NCBI GenBank assembly: GCA_021813765.1
Contig: JAKAJM010000003.1
Location: 8,883 to 72,882, forward strand
Direction: 5' to 3'
Origin: Nitrospirota bacterium
GTDB taxonomy: Bacteria > Nitrospirota > Thermodesulfovibrionia > Thermodesulfovibrionales > JdFR-88
DNA: 64,000 nt
Shown in pieces: positions 1 to 7,728 of this stretch. The position numbers and the translations under genes are program-made. The notes under the pieces are model-generated. The model was given only the letters and a program-made list of their open reading frames with translations. It was not told the origin of the DNA and did not search any database. Within the stretch, counting starts at the first letter, position 1. Every line of letters starts with the position of its first letter.

Positions 1-129
1 GACTCTGTAAAGGGCATAGTGGGGAAAATGAGGCACCCAGGCCCCGGGATGCCCACCTTCAGCAAGAAGATGATATCAGATGCGCAGGCCAAAGAGATAG
101 CCCGCTACATACTTAAGACTTTCAAATAG
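1..129 (+). CDS. c-type cytochrome, C-terminal fragment (5' end outside window)
   Basis: Frame +1 is open from the window edge to TAG at 127-129. The translation ...GKMRHPGPGMPTFSKKMISDAQAKEIARYILKTFK looks like the Met-ligand segment (GMP.F) and last helix of class I cytochromes c. The CxxCH motif would lie upstream of the window. Confidence 0.4.
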   Translation, partial: DSVKGIVGKMRHPGPGMPTFSKKMISDAQAKEIARYILKTFK

Positions 130-406
130 GACGGTTTTTCGAGACTTCAAACATCGGCCGTACGCAAAAGCGCTGAACTGGTAAGGGCGGGGCGGGTTTA
201 TCTCTTCCCGTCCTTACAAATACTCCTCGGGGTTCAATTCGGCTGAAAAAATAAAATAAGGCATCAGCACATTTCAGATGTAAGAACGATGCCTGCGGCC
301 ATGCATTTATAAAGGCATGGCGCAACCGTCCCTCTAAGGTGGGAAGGTGATCGGACCTCTGCTTCTTGTGCCGGCCGGCACAAAAAAAGAACGGGCCGTT
401 TTGAGG

Positions 407-1315
407 CTATACTGATGGCAATTCTTCGAATGGATACTTTCGCACAAAAAGAAGAAACTCTTCAATGGTGTTTGAAAGATGCTTGCCGGTAGGAATGAGC
501 AAAGAGAGGTCTCGCTGGATAGGCCCTTCCCTGAAGGTAAGGATCTTTAGCTGGCCGCTAGCAGCCTCCCTTAGCACGGCCCATTTTGAGACGATCGAGA
601 CGCCTATTCCGGCTTCCACCGCTTCCTTTATTGAAGCTGTGCTGCCCAATACCAGGACCACATGCATCTCATGAATATTGATCCCATGGGCGGACAAATA
701 CTCTTCTATCCGCTGTCTGGTACCGGACCCCTCCTCCCTTAGAATAAAGGGCTCCTTGAAAATATCGAGGATCGAGATATTTTTCTTCTTTGTCCATGGA
801 TGGTCTTTGGAAACAATAAGCACCAGTTCGTCCGACATTATCTTTTCCCGCTTCATTTTCCCGCCCATGCAATCCCCGGCGACCAATCCAACATCCACAA
901 GGCCCGACCTTAAAAGGTCTTCGATTCTTTTAGTGTTGCCGACCAACATGCCGATCTTTACTTTAGGGTGTTTCTTTTTGAAGGCAATGATCACCTTCGG
1001 GAGCACATGATTGCCGACGGACGTGCTTGCGCCGATCGTAAAATCTCCCTTGATCGCCCCGGATATTTTCCGGATATCTTTTTCGATGTCATTATAATGG
1101 TCAAGAATATGCCTTGCCTGATGATAAAGGATTTCTCCGGCTGTCGTTAAAGTGATTTCCCCGCCAGACCGGTCAAACAGTTTTGTCTCGAAAAATTCCT
1201 CAAGCGCCTGTATTTGATAACTTACCGCGGGCTGGCTTAGATGGGCAATTTTTGAGGTTTTCGAAAAACTGCGCGTCTCCGCTACCACGCAAAACAATTT
1301 CAATTTTATATCCAC
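407..1315 (-). CDS. LysR-family transcriptional regulator
   Basis: 302-aa ORF with a GTG start. The N-terminal wHTH 'FSKTSKIAHLSQPAVSYQIQALEEFFETKLFDR' is the LysR signature. The length and C-terminal layout fit the LysR substrate-binding fold. Confidence 0.9.
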   Translation of the reverse strand: MDIKLKLFCVVAETRSFSKTSKIAHLSQPAVSYQIQALEEFFETKLFDRSGGEITLTTAGEILYHQARHILDHYNDIEKDIRKISGAIKGDFTIGASTSVGNHVLPKVIIAFKKKHPKVKIGMLVGNTKRIEDLLRSGLVDVGLVAGDCMGGKMKREKIMSDELVLIVSKDHPWTKKKNISILDIFKEPFILREEGSGTRQRIEEYLSAHGINIHEMHVVLVLGSTASIKEAVEAGIGVSIVSKWAVLREAASGQLKILTFREGPIQRDLSLLIPTGKHLSNTIEEFLLFVRKYPFEELPSV

Positions 1316-1329
1316 TTTATTAGGTTAAC

Positions 1330-1360
1330 ATAGCGCTATAAAATTTGACTATTGATCAAT
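1330..1360. promoter_or_regulatory. Two perfect 10-bp palindromes (ATAGCGCTAT at 1330-1339, ATTGATCAAT at 1351-1360) just upstream of the lysR start; candidate operator sites
   Basis: Both palindromes were read directly from the sequence, 15-45 bp upstream of the LysR start codon. LysR proteins typically bind dyads in their own divergent promoter region. Confidence 0.35.
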
Positions 1361-1863
1361 AAGCTCAGTGTTTTGGAGAACATATATTGCGTAAATTATA
1401 CAGACTGTGCGAATCAAGAATTGCGCTTGGAGTGATGCAGCAGGGTTGCAGTGATCATTTTTGATTGCCAGCCCCTGGCACTCCTTCGCAAGGCCCCCCT
1501 TCACACCCCCTCCCGGAGGGGGGCCTCTTTAAGGATGCGATAACGCCCCAAGGACAGGAAGCCTGGTACCGCAAGTATTCAGCAGTTTGAAATTTGAAAA
1601 ACGGTCTGCCTGATTTCATGGACAACAGTAATTGTTTCACGGGCAGTAAAAAGGAGTTCTTGGAAGTCTCCTGTAAAGCACCGTCTTCGCATATCCTTGC
1701 GGCCGCGGCGTTGCGCTCACCTGGGATGATGCCGCCGACTCGCCATTGGCATTTGCGGCCGTGACGATGTAAGAATAAGTCTTCGCCGCCGCTTTTACCC
1801 TAAAGTTTTATTAAAGGGGTATAACACACTCATGGATCATCGCTAAAGAGCTTTCTTTTTTAG

Positions 1864-1898
1864 CAGGAGAGGGGGACTGTTTTTGTCCCCCTCTCCTG
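1864..1898. terminator. Perfect 14-bp GC-rich hairpin (caggagagggggac / gtccccctctcctg, 7-nt loop) 40 nt downstream of the TPR gene stop
   Basis: The inverted repeat was read directly. It is T-rich on the plus-strand 3' side (actttgtcttcc) and preceded by ctttctttttt, so a U-tract on the minus strand is lacking. It is a terminator or an RNA-stabilising stem-loop. Confidence 0.4.
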
Positions 1899-1939
1899 AC
1901 TTTGTCTTCCCTGCTTATGCCGCTGAGCCCTGGTTCAAC

Positions 1940-3085
1940 CTATTTGACGGGTTTCACACGTCCGGAGGAGAGCTTCCCAAGCATTATCTTTGAGAATATA
2001 TACTCGTCCTGACCGGTTTCGCCGGTGCTCAGGCTCTTTGCGAAGGCTCTCTTGGACGCCGCCCTGTTGCCCCTCCAGAGCGTCTCTTCCCCGACGTAAT
2101 AATAGGCCTGGCAGATATGCACTTTATTGCCGTCCGCCTCCTTAAGCAGGCCTTTTTCCGTGACATAACCAAGGTAATATTGGGAGACCGTGCGGGCCCA
2201 TTTGTCTGAGGGGTGCGAGGCCACATAGGCCGGCAGGTCCTTCATGTACCGCGCGGCCAGGCTGCGGGAAATGTGCTTGGACGAGTTCACGATCCATATC
2301 CGGCTGTACTCGTTGGTGTCATTAAGACCGATGGCCTTCTTATAATAGGAAATTGCCTTGCCGTATTGGCCCAGGGCCTCATATGCCTCGCCCAGGTTGG
2401 CATAGGCATTTGAATTTTTTGGGTCAAGCTCCAGGGCCTTGCCGTAATCGGCGATCGCCTTGCCGAATTCGCCCTTTTCCATGTAGACCCAGCCCCGGTT
2501 ATTATAGTTGCCGACGTTGTTGGGGTTCATCTGCAGGGCCTTGTTGTAGTCCGCAATGGCCAGGCCGTACTGGCCCTTGTCATCATAGGCCAGCCCCCTG
2601 TCGCTGTAAATGATTGCATCATTCGGGTCCAGTTGAAGGGATTTGGTATAGTCTGCGATGGCCGGGTCGTATTGGCCTTTATAAAAATATGCCAGCCCCC
2701 GGTCGCCATAGGCTTCCGCATTGTCCGGGTTAAACTGGATGGTTTCGTTGTAATCATCTATGGCCAGGTCGTGCTGGCCTTTGTCGTCATAGGAGTTTCC
2801 ACGGTTCAAGTAAGCGTCGGCGGAGTTTGGGTCCAGTTGGAGCGCCTCGTTGTAATCCGCGATGGCCGTGTCGTACTGGCCAAGGTCCTCATAGGCGATC
2901 CCGAGGTTGGAGTATGCTATCGCCTCGTTCCTGCTGTCGTATCTTCCGGAATTGATCTCTGCTGTGCAAGCCTCTATGGCCTGGTGATAATGCCCCTCTG
3001 TGATATAGTTTTCACACCAATCGGTATCTGCGCTGGCAGTCGCAGACAGGATTGCCAGGGACAGGACGCCTATGCATAATTTTTT
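1940..3085 (-). CDS. Secreted/periplasmic tetratricopeptide (TPR) repeat protein; start codon unresolved
   Basis: The reading frame is open from 3085 to the stop at 1940. At least 8 tandem 34-aa TPR units are present (AIADYNKALQMNPNN, AIADYGKALELDPKN, AIADYTKSLQLDPND...). The N-terminus reads KKLCIGVLSLAILSATASA/DTDWC, a signal peptide. There is no ATG/GTG/TTG in frame upstream of 2809. A TTG at 3089-3087 is one base out of frame across a 7-nt homopolymer. Confidence 0.75.
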   Translation of the reverse strand, partial: KKLCIGVLSLAILSATASADTDWCENYITEGHYHQAIEACTAEINSGRYDSRNEAIAYSNLGIAYEDLGQYDTAIADYNEALQLDPNSADAYLNRGNSYDDKGQHDLAIDDYNETIQFNPDNAEAYGDRGLAYFYKGQYDPAIADYTKSLQLDPNDAIIYSDRGLAYDDKGQYGLAIADYNKALQMNPNNVGNYNNRGWVYMEKGEFGKAIADYGKALELDPKNSNAYANLGEAYEALGQYGKAISYYKKAIGLNDTNEYSRIWIVNSSKHISRSLAARYMKDLPAYVASHPSDKWARTVSQYYLGYVTEKGLLKEADGNKVHICQAYYYVGEETLWRGNRAASKRAFAKSLSTGETGQDEYIFSKIMLGKLSSGRVKPVK

Positions 3086-3272
3086 TCAAGAAAAAAGACA
3101 AAGACCTCATCGTGCTCATTCCTCCAGTTTTTCAACTTTTTTTTGCTGTTTGCGTTTATATTTTTTATTTCAAGGCCGGCATGCTTTACTATTTTTGGAA
3201 GGAAATTTGGAAGCAATGCCTGTGCGGCAGATTTTTCCCGGGCAGGCCGGCCCGTTCCCGAATGTGCCAGGC

Positions 3273-3303
3273 AATAAAAAAGGGATGGAATTTATTCCAT
3301 CCC
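3273..3303 (-). terminator. Rho-independent terminator after the cyclophilin gene
   Basis: On the minus strand, a gggatggaa/ttccatccc stem (9 bp, 4-nt loop) is followed by TTTTTTATT, 55 nt after the stop at 3359. Confidence 0.7.
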
Positions 3304-3358
3304 CCGTTGTCTTAAAGCCTGAAAAAATGAAGCAAAAACCGGCATGCTCAGAATAAGC

Positions 3359-3841
3359 CTACTCGATGACCCGGACTTTCATCTCCACACGCTCCTTGGG
3401 GTTGTCTGCATGATCCCTTGGCAGGTTTACGATCTCGTCCACCACCTCCATGCCAGAGACCACCTCCCCGAATACGGTGTACTGGTTATCCAGAAAGGGA
3501 ACGTCAGCAACGGTAATGAAGAACTGGGACCCGGCGCTGTCCGGATTGCTTGAGCGGGCCATGGAGAGGGTGCCGCGTTTATGGGGCTTTGAGTTGAATT
3601 CGGCCTTGATGGTGTACCCGGGTCCCCCCATGCCGTACGTCGAACGGTTCGGCCCCTTGGTGTTCGGGTCTCCTCCCTGTATCACAAAGCCGGGCACCAC
3701 CCTGTGGAATATCGTTCCGTCGTAAAACCCTTTTTGGGCCAGGTCAATGAAGTTTTTCACATGGCCCGGAGCAACATCGGGAAAGAACCTGAGGGTGATG
3801 TTGCCAAGCTTGGTCTCTATTACAGCCTGCTGGTCCTGCAT
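3359..3841 (-). CDS. ppiB: Peptidyl-prolyl cis-trans isomerase, cyclophilin type
   Basis: 160 aa. 'FHRVVPGFVIQGGDP', 'GTLSMARS..PDSAGSQFFI' and 'YTVFGEVVSGMEVVD' are canonical cyclophilin motifs. A GGAGG SD lies upstream. Confidence 0.93.
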   Translation of the reverse strand: MQDQQAVIETKLGNITLRFFPDVAPGHVKNFIDLAQKGFYDGTIFHRVVPGFVIQGGDPNTKGPNRSTYGMGGPGYTIKAEFNSKPHKRGTLSMARSSNPDSAGSQFFITVADVPFLDNQYTVFGEVVSGMEVVDEIVNLPRDHADNPKERVEMKVRVIE

Positions 3842-3899
3842 CTTTTTTTTATCTCCTCCCCTGAAAGGTCTTTTCTTTTGGTTTTTTGAGGCAAAATAT

Positions 3900-4286
3900 T
3901 TAAGTGTCTTCAGGCTTTTCCGAGAGGGCCTCTATCCGGCTTCTTATCCAGTCCTCGAGGGGCTTGCTTAGCGGATACATCCCCATTATGCCCTTTCCCC
4001 CGCCTTCGCGGACCGCGCCCCACAGGAGCTCTTCCGGCACGTCCGTCACCTGGGCTATGCTCTTTGACGTCAGGTTGAACGTCTTCATTACCATAAGGGC
4101 CGGCTTTGGCATGCCTTCCATGTATTCCACATAAAAGGAAAACCCCTGGGTCTCTTTTGCGGGCGCCTCGTTTCCCTTGGAGCTGGCGAACCGGGGCTTG
4201 AACAGCAGCTCCGGAGTGACGTCGAACCGCAGGTTTTCCCTGAAGGCCCTGTTTTTCCCGATCCTCGATATGCTTATGTCTGCCAT
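3900..4286 (-). CDS. Hypothetical protein (128 aa)
   Basis: ORF in the same orientation as, and 58 nt upstream of, ppiB. No motif I recognise. Confidence 0.55.
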   Translation of the reverse strand: MADISISRIGKNRAFRENLRFDVTPELLFKPRFASSKGNEAPAKETQGFSFYVEYMEGMPKPALMVMKTFNLTSKSIAQVTDVPEELLWGAVREGGGKGIMGMYPLSKPLEDWIRSRIEALSEKPEDT

Positions 4287-4327
4287 GTTGTTCTCTTGTC
4301 CTGCGGAGGGGGGTTTTGAAAAAAGGC

Positions 4328-4819
4328 CTATGCGTTGCCGGAGCTCCCCGACTCCTCCTTGTAGCGCTCTATGGCGGCCTGTTCCACTTCCTCAAGCATG
4401 GCTTTTTTTGCCTCTTCCAGCCGTGCAAGGGGAAGCCCCAGTTTTTTGGCAAGCTTGTCAAGCGTCATGCCTTCGCTAAAATGGAATTTTGCGATCAGCA
4501 CCTTGAGGGCATCGTCCAGTATGGCCGCTCTCAGCTCATCACCGGAGGGCTCGATAAGCCCCGCCGCCTTCTCGAAGGTCATCCCCTGCTCGACACCGCT
4601 TTGAATGCGTTTTACGGACTCCGTGTAGAGCCGGTCTTCTTCGGACTCCGGAAGCTCGTTGTACCATGCATCTGTCATAGTAACAATAATAACATATCGG
4701 CCCGCCGCTGGATTTTTTGGCAGTTTCTCAGGCTGAACAAGTACAGCCGAACCGGCCATCGCTTCTTTCTGGCATTGACCGTTTTGAACTAAATAAACCT
4801 TTCGATAGCTTATTGCCAT
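4328..4819 (-). CDS. Hypothetical protein (163 aa) with a possible C-terminal HTH-like segment
   Basis: The ORF lies 41 nt upstream of the previous one. 'MTLDKLAKKLGLPLARLEEAKK' looks like a helix-turn-helix. There is no SD before ATG 4819. An alternative start is M21 (4759). Confidence 0.5.
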   Translation of the reverse strand: MAISYRKVYLVQNGQCQKEAMAGSAVLVQPEKLPKNPAAGRYVIIVTMTDAWYNELPESEEDRLYTESVKRIQSGVEQGMTFEKAAGLIEPSGDELRAAILDDALKVLIAKFHFSEGMTLDKLAKKLGLPLARLEEAKKAMLEEVEQAAIERYKEESGSSGNA

Positions 4820-4872
4820 GTTAAGAAGTAAAATAGGGATTTATTTTCGTTTGAAAATTCTGACAGGAGAAA

Positions 4873-6465
4873 ATGGAAGCGGAAAAACCCGGTCTTCAAG
4901 GAGTGGTGAGGCCCCCGGAGCTTAAAAAGGGCGATATACTGCCTGCCCTGGTCATTTTACTGTACTGCGCCTCCTACGCCGTTTTAAGGCTGCTTGTCTC
5001 CCCTGCGATGGAGCTGGACGAGGCTGAGCAATTCCTGAACGGCTCCGCTTTCCACTTGGGGTATGCCCGCCAGGCACCACTTTACACCTGGATCGTCTGG
5101 CTGGTCTCGCTTTTTTCGGGCAGGGGTCTTGTCATGCTGGTGCTGATAAAGTACAGCATGCTTCTGGTTTTTTATCTTTCTTTCTATCTGCTGGCCAGGC
5201 ATTTCCGCAGCCCCCGGGAATCCCTGCTTGCCACGGGCTGCCTGCTTCTTTTTCCGATATTTTCCTACGAGGCCAACCGCGATTTAAGCAACACGGTGCT
5301 GGTTTCGGTGATGGCGGTGGCGGCGTGCATTTTTTTTCTGCGTCTCCTGATGCGCGGCCGCCGTCTGGACTACCTGCTTTTCGGGGCGTCCTGCGGGCTG
5401 GGGATGCTCTCAAAGTATAATTTTGTGTTCTTCCTGCTGGCGGTGCTCCTGTACGGGGTGACAGCCGCGCAGGGCAGGCGCGTCATGTCCGACAGAAAAA
5501 TATTACTCTCCCTGCTTTGCTTCCTGGCGGTGATACTGCCCCATCTCATATGGCTTTTTCAAAACGGCTTCCCGTCCGTGGCTTACGCCTACAACCTGTC
5601 GCGTCTTTGGCTGCCCAGGTCACGCTCCTTCCTGCAGTTTGTGACGTCCGCCTACTCCGAGGTCATTCTTTTTCTGCTGCTTTTTTTGCTTTTCATGGGG
5701 AAGGACCTGTCTTTAGGCGATATCTTAAAATCAAAAGATAACAATGTTTTCTGGTCGAAAAACCGCACTGTGGGTCCGGGTATCTCTCCGGCCGGGATAT
5801 TTCCGGCCCTTGCACTTTATGGCCTTGCGCTTCCCTTTTTGGGGATAATGGCCTTCGACCCCGCGCATTTCCAGGACCGCTGGCTCACGCCCGTATATTT
5901 CATGCTGCCCCTGGCCGGTTTTTCCATGCTGGGGCCGCAGGCTTCGCGCAGGCGGTCCGCTTCCCTCGGGTACTTGTGCCTGGCTGTAGCGGTGATCGTT
6001 TTCATAATAAGGGCCGTTGTGGGCTTTTTTCCGGATGTGACCGGGAAGGCGGAGCGCATACACATTCCGTATGCCGCTTTGGCACGGCAATTGGAGGCCG
6101 GGGCCAGGGGGGCCGGGATAGACGGCTTTAAAGGGCTGCCCGTGCTCGCCCCGCCAGGAAACACCTATGTCGCAGCCAATATCCTTGCCGATATTCCCGG
6201 CTCTAGATACGTCCCGCTGGCTGAGGCGTGCCGGCGACCCTGGGTCCTCGACGGCGGGGGGGTGCTTGTCTATACCCCTGGCAATCGCGTGCCCTCCAGG
6301 CTTCTGGCGCTTTTCCCGGATGCCCAAAAGGAGACCGTTTCTTCTCCGTTTCTGCATTCGGATGGGGACGCGGACGGACTGCCGCCCTACAAGCTTCATG
6401 CGCTTTTTATTCCGCCTGGCGATAGCCGGAAGGAAGGGTTTTTTCCCATATCCGCCTCAAAATAA
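4873..6465 (+). CDS. ArnT/PMT-like (GT39/GT83-type) integral-membrane glycosyltransferase
   Basis: 530 aa with more than 10 predicted TM helices. The N-terminal loop 'LDEAEQFLNGSAFHLGYARQAPLYTW' resembles the DE-containing first periplasmic loop of ArnT/dolichyl-phosphate-mannose transferase-like enzymes. An AGGAG SD is present. Confidence 0.7.
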   Translation: MEAEKPGLQGVVRPPELKKGDILPALVILLYCASYAVLRLLVSPAMELDEAEQFLNGSAFHLGYARQAPLYTWIVWLVSLFSGRGLVMLVLIKYSMLLVFYLSFYLLARHFRSPRESLLATGCLLLFPIFSYEANRDLSNTVLVSVMAVAACIFFLRLLMRGRRLDYLLFGASCGLGMLSKYNFVFFLLAVLLYGVTAAQGRRVMSDRKILLSLLCFLAVILPHLIWLFQNGFPSVAYAYNLSRLWLPRSRSFLQFVTSAYSEVILFLLLFLLFMGKDLSLGDILKSKDNNVFWSKNRTVGPGISPAGIFPALALYGLALPFLGIMAFDPAHFQDRWLTPVYFMLPLAGFSMLGPQASRRRSASLGYLCLAVAVIVFIIRAVVGFFPDVTGKAERIHIPYAALARQLEAGARGAGIDGFKGLPVLAPPGNTYVAANILADIPGSRYVPLAEACRRPWVLDGGGVLVYTPGNRVPSRLLALFPDAQKETVSSPFLHSDGDADGLPPYKLHALFIPPGDSRKEGFFPISASK

Positions 6466-6492
6466 AAAGGGCCCTTGAAAGGGCCCCTTTTT
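6465..6492. terminator. Bidirectional rho-independent terminator between the glycosyltransferase gene and atpE
   Basis: The sequence reads aaaa-GGGCCC-ttgaaa-GGGCCC-cttttt. There is a U-tract on both strands. It sits between convergent genes. Confidence 0.75.
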
Positions 6493-6532
6493 CAGATCAA
6501 AAGCTTTTTTTTGGTTTTTTTCTTTTTTCTCT

Positions 6533-6892
6533 TCACACCTTGAACGGGTTGGCGTAGAAGACGATGAGGACGATAACGAGGGCATAGATCGCAAGCGATT
6601 CTATCAGAGCCAGGCCGATGATGAGAGTCGTAAGGATCTTGCCCTGAACGCCCGGGTTTCTGGCCACACCCTGGCAGGCTCCTCCCACGGCATGACCCTC
6701 GCCGATGCCGGTCCCCAGGGCGGCAAGACCTATGCCTACCTCAGCCCCAAGGACGGCCAAGGCGTAATAGTGTAGTTTCCCGCTGCTGGCGGCGGTGGTT
6801 GCCGCGGCAGGCGCGTTGGCGCCAAAGGCCAGGGGCGCAACCAGCATAAGCATTACACCCGCGAGAAAGAGCACGGCAAAAAACTTCTTCAT
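6533..6892 (-). CDS. atpE: F-type ATP synthase subunit c with N-terminal signal-peptide-like extension
   Basis: The C-terminal 75 aa form the c-subunit hairpin: 'GTGIGEGHAVGGACQGVARNPG' ... 'GLALIESLAIYALVIVLIVFYANPF'. I chose the start at ATG 6892 because GGAGGAG lies 8 nt upstream. The longer ORF to 7024 overlaps atpB. Confidence 0.9.
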   Translation of the reverse strand: MKKFFAVLFLAGVMLMLVAPLAFGANAPAAATTAASSGKLHYYALAVLGAEVGIGLAALGTGIGEGHAVGGACQGVARNPGVQGKILTTLIIGLALIESLAIYALVIVLIVFYANPFKV

Positions 6893-6920
6893 GGAAAAAC
6901 TCCTCCTTTCTGAAAAGATT

Positions 6921-7604
6921 CTAATGTGCCTCTTGGACGGCGCCGGCGATATAGACCGCAGCCAATAGCGTAAAGACGAATGCCTGCACAAGCGATATCC
7001 CGAAGCCAAGGAAGAGTATCGCATCAGGCACCAGGAGCGGCAGCATTACGGCCAGTACCAGTAGCATCAGGTGTTTGGCGAACATGTTGCCAAAGAGCCT
7101 CACCGAGAGGGTAAGAGGCCTGGCCAGGTGGCTTATCACTTCAGTGAAGAACATGAATATCATGAGGGGCAGCGCATATATGGACTGGATGGGCCCCAGG
7201 AAATGCCTTATGTAGCTGAAGCCGTGCACCTTGAAACCCCATATCTGATATATAAAGAAAACAGGCACCGCCATGGATGCCGTCACGTTTATGTTTGCCG
7301 TGGGAGAGGAAAAACCCGGTATCAGGCCGAAAAGATTGCACAGGAGTATGAACATGAAGAGCGTGCATATCAGGGGGAAGAAAAACGCCCCCCATTCATG
7401 GCCTATGTTGTCCTCGGAGAGTTTGAGCATCGCCTCCATCACCGCTTCCATGGTATTCTGTATGCCCCTTGGTACAAGCGACATCGAAACCCTTACCGCG
7501 ATGGCGGCCGCAATAAGAACAGCCGAGGCCAGGAACGCAAAAGAGACGTAGTGGGGCACGGTCGCAGGGTTTATGAACGGGTCTAAAAAAGTTGCTTCAT
7601 GCAT
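6921..7604 (-). CDS. atpB: F-type ATP synthase subunit a
   Basis: 227 aa and polytopic. 'LTLSVRLFGNMFAKH' contains the essential Arg of subunit a. Confidence 0.93.
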   Translation of the reverse strand: MHEATFLDPFINPATVPHYVSFAFLASAVLIAAAIAVRVSMSLVPRGIQNTMEAVMEAMLKLSEDNIGHEWGAFFFPLICTLFMFILLCNLFGLIPGFSSPTANINVTASMAVPVFFIYQIWGFKVHGFSYIRHFLGPIQSIYALPLMIFMFFTEVISHLARPLTLSVRLFGNMFAKHLMLLVLAVMLPLLVPDAILFLGFGISLVQAFVFTLLAAVYIAGAVQEAH

Positions 7605-7728
7605 AGCGGCGCTCCAGGCCTCCTTCCGGAGAAATTCGTTTTATGTTACTTTCGGGGGCAGATATTGTCAATGAATAGGCCCATAAGTAATACAAATGAA
7701 AAGCGCGGGCCCATCCTGCCCGCGTGTC

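Noticed and set aside
1455-1640. 61-aa minus-strand ORF in the LysR spacer
   Set aside because: It has a Gly/Pro/Cys-rich low-complexity tail (RPPSGRGCEGGPCEGVPGAGNQK) that overlaps a GC hairpin. It has no SD and is probably not coding.
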